Part shown: in pieces, positions 1-10,000 of the stretch
Numbering within the stretch: the stretch's first letter is position 1
How the letters are laid out: every line of letters begins with the position of its first letter
Source of the DNA: Candidatus Thorarchaeota archaeon
GTDB taxonomy: Archaea > Asgardarchaeota > Thorarchaeia > Thorarchaeales > Thorarchaeaceae
DNA: 64,000 nt
Direction of reading: 5' to 3'
Assembly: GCA_003345545.1 (NCBI GenBank)
Contig: PRDH01000026.1
Span: 64,001-128,000 of the forward strand
Translations under genes and position numbers: made by a program
Notes under the pieces: generated by a model
The model's input: the letters and a program-made list of their open reading frames with translations, nothing else
Database searches by the model: none
Told to the model about the DNA's origin: nothing

Positions 1-381
1 CAGAAGAATCAGTTGGAGCTTTTTGGCAGAGATATCGGAGAGCGCTATGATTTAGAGAATGGAGCTGTGCGGCAGCTAGTGAATAGTCCCGACCTAGACG
101 ATACCATCGATCCTATCTTTGATAGTCACTTTGATGGAGCTCTCATGAATCGGTATGTCGGAGTCAGGGACGACCTTCCTGAGCATCTGAGTTTCGTGAA
201 GGAAACCATGGCATCAATGGACCTCACAGATGGTGCTACGCCTGAATTCATTGTCAAATCGATGACACTATTGGGCCATAGTGATAGAAAGTCACACAGC
301 ACAGTCCTGAATGCACTCGATGGAGGTTACCTGATCGCCGCTGAGAAGGTATTTCCTTCGAAGACAGAGCCAGAGCACTAG
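1..381 (+). CDS. 3' part of a hypothetical protein, probably truncated by the window edge
   Basis: Frame is open from base 1 to TAG at 379-381; no recognisable motif. Confidence 0.55.
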   Translation, partial: QKNQLELFGRDIGERYDLENGAVRQLVNSPDLDDTIDPIFDSHFDGALMNRYVGVRDDLPEHLSFVKETMASMDLTDGATPEFIVKSMTLLGHSDRKSHSTVLNALDGGYLIAAEKVFPSKTEPEH

Positions 382-455
382 TACCATCCCAATTCTGTCT
401 TCATGGGCTTCATTTATCAGGAGTGATGATGCATTCTTTCTAGGTCGTCCTTCAG

Positions 456-1577
456 ATGGAAGAGATAACGATTAGATATTGGAGCCCGCACGGACGCCAA
501 GAGGAAACGAAGTTCCACAGAGAGCACTCGAAGATTGATTTGATCATGCGGGCAGCAAAACGGATTGACCTCTCTGATGTCAGAATGTGCACCAGTCTTC
601 AGACTCTAGATCTATCGCATAACATGCTGGAGGAGCTTGACCTCACACCTCTGACTGGTTGCTCATTGCTCAAACAGCTCCGCATTCGGAGCAATCATCT
701 CACAAGACTAGATCTATGGCCTCTTCTTGATTGCATGAGTCTGAGCGAAATCGACATCTCGGAAAATCGTCTTCAGAATCTGGACCTCTCTCCAGTCTTT
801 CTGCGGTCTTCTGTCCGTGCGGACTCTTCTGTTGTCCTGTCAGCTGACGCTCTCCTCCACTATGTCTTCACTCAGGATGAACTAAACAGACGTTTTCAAC
901 TGGTCAGAGGCGATGGTGCTCCTTGGACAGCACACCCAGTAATTATCTGGATGGAATACGCAGACCTCGCACACAGGATAGAGTGGAATAGTATCAAGAA
1001 ACGCATCGATTCACTACTGTGCATGATGACAGAAGATAACTGGTTTGGCGTTCAGCGTGGATTGCTTAGTGGGTTAGGGATGGAGGAGCTTGCTGGATTT
1101 GACGGCAATCCTAAGCAACTGCTGAAAGGTACAGATGGTAACATGTCTTTCAAGGACGCTCGTCGTGTTGTTTTTGACAATGCTATTGAACTACTTGAAG
1201 AACAACTGGAGAACGGAGGACCCACACTCTTCCTTGATACAGACAGGATGCGAGAAACAAGGGCATCGAAACTGATACCCGGAATTGCCGAGAGAAGAAA
1301 GCAAGAAGTCGAGGAAGTCATCTTGCCTGTGAAGGGCAGCAAGGTGAACTTGGAGACTCTATGGATGACTCATTACGGATTTGAGATTCTCAAGGCTCTT
1401 AGATTAGACTTGACAACAAATCTAGAAGGTCTTCATATAGTAAGAACAAGCTTTGAGGAACTTGGCATGGAGATACAGACACAGAAGGCTTCGACTGTAT
1501 CTCCTGCATACCCCGTCACGGTATCGAGAAGCATGTATCTTCATTCATTGAACTACATCCAAGGCAAATACGATTAG
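456..1577 (+). CDS. Leucine-rich repeat protein (N-terminal LRRs plus helical C-terminal domain)
   Basis: LxxLxLxxNxLxxLDL repeats (LQTLDLSHNMLEELDL, LKQLRIRSNHLTRLDL, LSEIDISENRLQNLDL). Confidence 0.85.
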   Translation: MEEITIRYWSPHGRQEETKFHREHSKIDLIMRAAKRIDLSDVRMCTSLQTLDLSHNMLEELDLTPLTGCSLLKQLRIRSNHLTRLDLWPLLDCMSLSEIDISENRLQNLDLSPVFLRSSVRADSSVVLSADALLHYVFTQDELNRRFQLVRGDGAPWTAHPVIIWMEYADLAHRIEWNSIKKRIDSLLCMMTEDNWFGVQRGLLSGLGMEELAGFDGNPKQLLKGTDGNMSFKDARRVVFDNAIELLEEQLENGGPTLFLDTDRMRETRASKLIPGIAERRKQEVEEVILPVKGSKVNLETLWMTHYGFEILKALRLDLTTNLEGLHIVRTSFEELGMEIQTQKASTVSPAYPVTVSRSMYLHSLNYIQGKYD

Positions 1578-1660
1578 GGCGTAGTTGGATGATTACCTGC
1601 TTCAATAGGTTAAATTACATGTTGGAATTCAGCGCAACGCCGAAGGATGTGTTCGTCTGA

Positions 1661-2257
1661 TTGACGGGATACAGGAAGTACTTTGACGAGCCCATAATAA
1701 GAGCGAGAATAAGTGGACTCAGATTTCCGAAGATATGCCCGGTCTGTTGCGCCCCATCCACTTCAATAAGCACAATATCTGCAACGCCTCAGAATAGACA
1801 GTGGTTGCGCCCGCATTGGAATCCTGCTTTCTATACCAGAGAGAGAAGACGAATTGGATTGCCAAATCCCAGAACGATAAGCTTTCTAGTACGTGTATGC
1901 GAAGAACACCATATTGCAGATGACGGCAACGGGAGAATGCGCTGTCTTGCGATGCTATTTGCTGCTTTCCTGTCAGGATTGTCAATATTCGCCCTTATCT
2001 TCGTAAGTTATGATTTGTCGTCGGGAAGAGGGATTCATCCTATCGCGATAGCATACGTGGTAGGACTTACCTTGTCTCTTGTCTTCGGTTATGTTGCGTT
2101 CAGACCTAACACACTAGAGGCATCAGTAGGAATCATCGGTTTTGACCCTGATTTTCAACACGTGTGGTTCGAGTTGAAGAATGCAGAGTATAGGAAGCAA
2201 TTCATCATGGAGAACCAGACTATTTCTGAATTCGTAAACTGGGTCGAGATGGCATGA
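1661..2257 (+). CDS. Membrane protein with a putative split Zn-binding motif and 2 TM helices
   Basis: CPVC ... CEEH; two hydrophobic segments. Confidence 0.7.
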   Translation: MTGYRKYFDEPIIRARISGLRFPKICPVCCAPSTSISTISATPQNRQWLRPHWNPAFYTRERRRIGLPNPRTISFLVRVCEEHHIADDGNGRMRCLAMLFAAFLSGLSIFALIFVSYDLSSGRGIHPIAIAYVVGLTLSLVFGYVAFRPNTLEASVGIIGFDPDFQHVWFELKNAEYRKQFIMENQTISEFVNWVEMA

Positions 2258-3719
2258 TTTGCCCGCGCCGACTATCACTCACTTCATAGTACTTGCAGAC
2301 CCGCGCCAAGGCTCTGATTGCTTCGTACATATTGTGAAACACAGGAAGGCCTTCTTTGACAAATGAGGCCCAAGCATCACTTCGTGCCTTTTGATAGGCA
2401 ACTTCTGGAACCACAACAAGCACTGGCTTATTGACATCTTCTACGGCTTGTCTTCCTGCCTTTGCGACCGTCCTCCAATAGTCGACTAGTACATCTTGGG
2501 CTCCCATTATTGTTGCGACCTGGTACATGTTATAGACATCTGCCTCAAAGATGAACGAAGAGAATCCTGTGTCTTCCGCAATAGTACGAATGACTTCTGT
2601 CGTAGTCTGATCTTGATAATAATCCGCAGCCATGTCGATAGGATTGGCCAATCCTGTCCCCACATCACGCATGAGTTTTCTAAGACGTGCCATTGTTTCA
2701 GGCGTTGTTTGAGGAACTTGCAGACCATTCTCAATACAGAGATCTGTGTATACGACGCTAGTCCCTCCACTTATAGCAACGATTCCGACATCTCTTGTCT
2801 TTGGTCTGGGGCTCAGTGAGAATATGCTCAAAGTGGCCACCAAGTCTTCAATCGTTTCCGCAGTCTGAACATTCGCTTGTTGAAAAGTAGCCTTCCAGAT
2901 CTCCTGGTTCCCTGCAAGCGCCCCAGTATGAGATGATGCCGCTCGTGACCCTGCACCAGTTCGCCCTCCTTTGAGAACCACAACTGGCTTCGCCTTGGCT
3001 GCATCGATGAGCGAGTTCAGGACCTGTCGTCCGTTTTTCGCTCCTTCGATGTAGGCTCCGATGACCTTCGTTTTTGCATCGTCTCTTAGGTAGTCCAAAA
3101 GTTCCTGTGGTGATATGTCGACTTCGTTTCCATAGCTGAAGACTTTGCTGAAGCCGACCCCTGCCTCAACCCCTGAGGTATATGACGTCATTGATACTCC
3201 ACCTGACTGAGAGAGAAATCCCACATTCCCTGAGAGCCGTTTCAGAGTTGGCATAAACGCAAAGCCAATCTCAGGGTACATGAGTCCCATGCAATTTGGT
3301 CCAAAGGCTCTCATTCCTAATTCATCTAGGATGAATCGAATTTCGTGCTCTCTCTGCCTGCCCTCTTCAGTTCCGAGCTCTGAGAATCCACTTGAAAAAA
3401 TAGTGACTGCTTTTGCTCCCTTCTCATAGCATTCCCTCAGAACTTGAGGAACATACTTGTACGGTACTGCAATGATGGCATAGTCAATTCTCTCGGGGAC
3501 CTCTGAGAGACTCTTGTATATCTTGTGACCGAGTATTTCTCCCTCTCTTCTAGAAACTAGCCACACTCTGAGATCATGCTCCCATTGTAGCATTGAATGT
3601 ACCCAGTAGTACCCGAGCGTTTCAGAGACTCCCACAATGGCTACAGACCGAATATCAAGAATCTCCTTGATTGTGGGTCTCATCATGGCTGTCATGTGGC
3701 TGGCTCCAGTTGAAGCCAC
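2220..3719 (-). CDS. Acetate/acyl-CoA ligase (ADP-forming) alpha-subunit family, CoA-binding protein
   Basis: SVAIVGVS, GPNCMG, SQSGG, AASSHTGALAG (phospho-His), NPIDM; true start may be the ATG near 3695. Confidence 0.88.
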   Translation of the reverse strand: MASTGASHMTAMMRPTIKEILDIRSVAIVGVSETLGYYWVHSMLQWEHDLRVWLVSRREGEILGHKIYKSLSEVPERIDYAIIAVPYKYVPQVLRECYEKGAKAVTIFSSGFSELGTEEGRQREHEIRFILDELGMRAFGPNCMGLMYPEIGFAFMPTLKRLSGNVGFLSQSGGVSMTSYTSGVEAGVGFSKVFSYGNEVDISPQELLDYLRDDAKTKVIGAYIEGAKNGRQVLNSLIDAAKAKPVVVLKGGRTGAGSRAASSHTGALAGNQEIWKATFQQANVQTAETIEDLVATLSIFSLSPRPKTRDVGIVAISGGTSVVYTDLCIENGLQVPQTTPETMARLRKLMRDVGTGLANPIDMAADYYQDQTTTEVIRTIAEDTGFSSFIFEADVYNMYQVATIMGAQDVLVDYWRTVAKAGRQAVEDVNKPVLVVVPEVAYQKARSDAWASFVKEGLPVFHNMYEAIRALARVCKYYEVSDSRRGQIMPSRPSLRIQK

Positions 3720-4044
3720 GAACTCTGCCGGTGATTTAAACTAACTGATACTAGAAAAAAAAAGTCGTGATTGCAGCGACTGATTCCTTGAGGCCATTTG
3801 TTCGTAAACCTAACAATGCTGATTGCCATGTTGTCCAAGAAGAAGAACCACCCGCGATCTAAGGATGCGCCCTTGGGATGGATTCACAGAAATCCTGAAT
3901 TCATGAGCACTACTCCTCATTGCGATTTTTCGAACGGTTGTGAATTATATGGAATCACCATCTATTCATATACTAGTAATGACAAGATTGGCAAGTCAGA
4001 CGTACTGTCGTGAACATAGCTATGGCCATTGAGGAGATTAGCCA

Positions 4045-7000
4045 ATGAGAACTAAGAGAACTGTGGGACTAATTCTAGTAATTCTTCCTCTGATTCTGGG
4101 TATTATGATCTTGCCTCCTGGTTGGGCAATCGACTCAAAGCGTGGGTTAGATAGCGAGACTGTCGTCTTAGACAATGGCCAAAAGATTGTGGTAGCGCCC
4201 GATGAGGTGCTCATGAAGTACATCATCTCGGATTTGCCGACCTCAATGGCTGGAACAGGTGACCCATTGATTGCTTCAGAGTATGGAACGAGAATCGACT
4301 CGTTCATAGAACAGCGCATGGTCTATTATCCATCAGGAAGTATCACGACTGCTAACCTCTCGGTGCCCCTAGGCGAGCAGTGGGAAGGATATGGTGTCTA
4401 TGGAGACATCAGTAGTATAACAGAAAACCGTAGTTGGCTGGTCAATCAGGGCTTCAGCACAGATGCAACTTGGTCCTTCGAAACTCGATACGAGGAAGGG
4501 GATTTCAGTGGCAATAACAGAATGCATTACTTCACTCAAACAGGCACTAACGTAGGCACGTGGGGAACCAGAGGTACGGGAACGAGCCAATTCATTGATC
4601 CTTGGGGCGTCGCAATTGACTCCTCTGGCAACATCTACGTAGCTGATGCCTTCAACAACCGCATACAAGTCTTTACGAACACTGGCAGTTTCATTAGACA
4701 GTGGGGAAGCTATGGCATTGGAAATGGGCAATTCGACCGCCCCACAGGAGTTGCTGTCAACACCACAGGCTATGTATATGTTGTTGACCAAGGCAATGAT
4801 AGGGTGCAGGTGTTCAGTTCTACAGGTGTCTATCAGCGGCAATTCGGTACCTCGGGGATTGACAACGGTGAGTTCAGAAGTCCAACTGGTATAGCAATAC
4901 GCAACTCACTCGGATATGTATATGTGACAGACACAGGCAATGACCGTGTGCAGTACTTCAATTGGAATGGTGTACGACAAGGTGGTTGGGGCTCCACAGG
5001 GACAGGTAACAGCCAATTTCAGATGCCAACAGGAATCGCCGTCGACCAGGGCACTGGGCAGGTAGCTATCGCTGACAGTACCAACAATCGCGTTCAGAGG
5101 TTTACAGCTGCTGGAACATACTCTGGCCAGTTTGGCAGTCTTGGTGGCGGAAACACGAACTTTAGGACACCTATGGGAGTTGCCATCAACTCCACGACAG
5201 GTCGTATTTATGTGAATGACCTCGGCAATCACAGGATTTCTTACTTCTCCAACGCAGGTGCATATCAGGGACAATGGGGAACTGACGGAACAGGCACATC
5301 GAACCTACGCTTCAACTACGGTATCGCTGTAAGCCCGACGGGTAATGTGTACGTGAGTGAAGGCAGTGGTACTGAGAGGATGGATGCAAACTGGCTTTCA
5401 AACGGCCACGGAACGGGTAATCCATCTTCCATCTTTCAGATTGATGGCTACTGGCATGATGACCAGACTACGGATCTCTACGGATTCTGGTACAATCCTG
5501 GTGACAAAGCTTTTGCAAGACAGGACCTCGTAATCGAACGGGGCGAAGTGACGTGGGCTGGCATCTCCCTCGATTACTATGCAGACTGTCGCGGTTGGGG
5601 AACCTATATGACCGGGTTCTTTGAGCTCTTTGTATCGGTAGGCGATCCGGACCATGGTGGAAGCTACCTTTGGTCCAAGCAGTTTGACGATATTAATGAT
5701 GATAATATCTGGTACTCAACCGGACTTATCCCAATTGACTATTCTGACCTATCTCTGCCGAATGTAGAGATACTCGCAGGACTGAGAGTGACTGATAGCG
5801 AGTGGTATCGAGCAAGCGATATCCGACCTGAAGGCAGACTAGACAATATGGTCCTGTATATCAAAGCTAAGGCAACTCCTGATAACATTAATCTCCAGAT
5901 GAATGGAGTGGATGTCGATAATGTCTATAGTGGACCCACGCCAGTCTTTGGTCTCGGGACTGCTAGCTACGCGCCCTCGTTTCCATGGACATACGGCAAC
6001 GCCTATGCTAATTTCTCCTGGACCCCTGATGATAATCCCCCTGACCCGAATCTTGAGATATCCGTCTATATCGACGTTGATGTCAAGGTCTATGCACGTA
6101 GGTACAATGCAGTAACAGTCAATGACACTGAGCTTTTCAGCTATGGTGACAACTATGTCGTGCAGAACAGCACTACTGTCGAATGGACAACTAATCACTA
6201 CGTCGCGGTACCAGGAGGATACGAAGACGAGTTCTTCTACAATGTTTCCATACCACTGAATCGTGATATCACGTTCGTATCAGAACCCACGCAGCGATAT
6301 AGCAATCTTACGAATAGTTGGTATCTGGGCGACCCCGGTGATGGAGCTGTTAATATCTCAGTTTATGAGCTCGGACTCTCTGAACCTAACGGATTCTGGA
6401 TGATTCGCGGCGTTTCACCCAATATGGTGACGAATCTGCACGTGTGGGACAATGTGCTTGGTCAATGGGTTCAGACGAAGACCTTTAGGGCGGATGAGAA
6501 CACGAGATTCCGTGCTGTTCTGCCATCTGCGTACCAAGGTGACCTTGTCACTTTCACAATATATGACTCCCATGGAGAAGTCTGGGATACACTCACAGCT
6601 ACAGTGGACGTATCTGGCTACGCAATCAGCAATTATGTGAATCTTGATGCTGTCAGTGCACGAGTCGGTTCCTGGGAGGTACAAGCTTTTGTAGACGATC
6701 ATGATTCGGGCATCGAGGTGCACAATATTGGTTTCTTCCGTCGAGGTTTCTCTATTGACCATTCTACTCAATTATCAGTGAAGTACCCTGTCGAGGGCAG
6801 ACTGACCTGGGCTGTGAATGTGACCTATGGGGCTCTTGTCTTTCTCCAAATCCGTGTGAATGACAGCGATAATGGTGACCTGCTGGCCGCGGGCGTGATG
6901 TTATATTCTGGAGGATTTGGCAGTGGGACGGTCAGCGACCTTGGCACTGGTGAGTACAGTGTGACCCTGAATACCAACCTGCTGCCTTCAAATGGTGTCT

Positions 7001-10000
7001 ATGAAGTTGACCTAAGTTGGACCAAAGCCAACTACGATTCTCTCTTCGATACTTTTACAGTCTATGTCGTCTATGAAACAGAACTGCTATCTTCTGACGC
7101 ACCTGGTATAGATGTTGCAAGTGGAAACACTGCTGAGCTCCATGTCTACTTCCAGGACATGTTTACCAATCCAGTAGTTGGTGCTGCGGTTGTATGTAAT
7201 TGGACGCAAGGCTACACTGTGACACCAGATGGCTCCGGTAACTATCTATTGAGGCTGGATACGACAGGTGTGACTCTGAATCTTTATCGTGTTTCAATTA
7301 CCGCCTCAAAGAACTACTACCAATCTCGTTCCATCATTTTGAGTGTTGAAGTGCGCGAACTGCATACCTCTGCCATTCCATCAACAAGCTTCTTGTCGCT
7401 CCCTGTTGGCTATACAACCTCATTCACTATCACTTACAGAGATACTGATCTTCAGGTTCCAATTACTGGCGCGGCAAACACAATAAGCTGCAACTGGTCG
7501 GCTATTCATTCTGCTGGCGACCAGAACTACACTGTCACAGGAACTGCAACCCCGGGAGTCTATCAAGTATTGATCTACTCTATGGACGACGACGCACTAG
7601 ATTCCTATGATCTACTTTTCAGAGTTGAGCGATATGGTGCGCAGAATCACACATTCTTCGTGACAGTGGAACTGAGAACACATCTGACCTCGCTCTACCT
7701 TGACAACTCAGTCGAGCCCACACCCTACACTGGCAATATCACAGTCAATCTTGTCTATTACGATGTTGATGCGAACACGGGGATAGTCAATGGAACGACC
7801 TTGGGAGGCTATGTGGAGCTGATTATTACGAGCTCGACACTGCCCTATCCGACGTTCTGGATTGCCGGCATAAGTCCTGATGGACTCTATGCCATTCATA
7901 TTCCTGCAAATCAGTGGCCGGATGTTGGACAGATTACTCTTAGTTTCGAGGTCAACTGGATTGGTGTGAATCTCAAATACTCTAATTTGACCCTTTCAAC
8001 GAGTGCTCTGATAACAGCCGCTCCTACTGATCTCTTTATCGGAGAGAGCCCTGTCATAACGCCCTATGGAGAAGAAATCTCATTCAGCATCATCTATTTT
8101 GACATAGGGGCTGACACAGGAGTAGTCAATGCCACAGGACCGTACTCTGGAAATGTTCACCTGTTCATTGAAGTGCTGACCATTGGTGAAACACTCACAC
8201 AGTACGATATGACCATCCTTGAGATTGACTACACTGCGCGCCCCGGTGAGTATCGAATCACATTCGATTCATCGCTCTTGAGCGGGCTCGGGGCAGTCGA
8301 ACTCAAGATTTGGCTGAACTGGACGTATGCGGAGTTGCCATACTATCAGAATCAGGTCATTGTGGTCACAGTCTACTCTGCACACCGATTGACAACCGTT
8401 GACTGGACTCCACTTCCTCTCACACCGTACGATGAGCTTGTCAACCTCACCTTTACTTTCACAGACTCGCTCAGCGGGGCTCCCATCTCGAACAGTCCCC
8501 AACTTTCAATTGCTGTCCCTGCCTATCCGTCATTCAATATCTACTATCTCGGTGATATCACAGGCGTATTCATTGTTGAGATTGATACATCTCTGCTTAG
8601 CATTGGAAGTCAGACATTCTATCTCGATGTCATATGGACGGGAAGCCCCTACTACCAGAATAGGACAGGTGTCCAGATCTTCATATCAGTTAGAGAGAGA
8701 TACACGGACCTTACCCATGGGACCTACTCACCAATTCAGATAGGCAACACATTGCACCTCAACTTCACATATCGCGATCTCGATGACTATACATCGTTAG
8801 GAATGAATGGAGCTACACTTCTTCTTGATAGCTGGTTGGCCGGAAGCTACACAGTAGATGATCTTGGTAATGGAATGTACACACTGCACCTTGATACGAC
8901 TGCCTTCAGCACGATTGGAACAAAGATTGTGAACGTAACAATACTCTATGGAGGAAGTCGCAATTGTGCTGATGCCTATGACATATTCTATCTCACTCTT
9001 ACCATAAGGCGAACCCAGCTGACAAGCGACCTCCCTGATCTGGCGCCTTACCTAACCGAAGCTGTGATTGTCATCCATTACACGGATGATACAACAGATA
9101 CTGGTATCGTCGGGGCGACTGCGACAGCTGCTTGTGCTGCGGCAATTCAGACCCTGCAATTGAATGTCAACTACTGGGTTGACGACAACCTCGATGGAAG
9201 CTATAGTGTACGAATTCTTACCACTGCTCTAGGCAACTTCGGACCATATACAATCACCATCACAGTCACCTGGGACCTAGGCTGGCCATTCTATCAAGAG
9301 AGAGTCCGTGATGTGGACATTGAGGTTTCAAGGCGTCCCGCAACCGTCACAGTTTCCAAATCTCCTCTAAATACACCGTTTCTATCGAATGTGACATTCG
9401 AGATAGTTGTCACTGACCAACTTGATAGTACTGGAATCACTCTGAGCAAATCGAACCTGATTCTAACGCACGGAATAGGAGGCACCTTGATTAGTAATGA
9501 TCAGTATTCCATGGCTGGTTCAAATGGCATATACGTCATCTCCATCAATTCACTAGTTCTATCATCCGATCTCGAGGAAGACTATCCAATATTCATCTTA
9601 TTTGTCTGGGGTGACCTTACTCCGTACTATGCAAATGCATCATCCTCTACAGAAGTGTCCATTGTTGCACGATTCACTCAGGTCGCAGTGCTACAGACCC
9701 CGCCGGGCTATTACTACTTCAATGTCAGTGCTCTATTGCGTTTCAGCGACTACCTAACTGGTGCTCCAATTGCCGGCGCCACTGTCAGCGTGGCTTGCAC
9801 AAATACATCGAGTTTCGACTATTGGGTCGTCGACAATTCTGATGGTACCTACACAATACTAGTGGATTCGAACAGCCTAGCGGGTCTCGGCAGGTACTTC
9901 TTCCAAGCCAATTTCACATGGTCTGGCAGTCCGTTCTATCGCGACGTTATCGGCGTGAAATTCAGCATATCCGTAAATCCAGTATCTACAACCTTGAATT

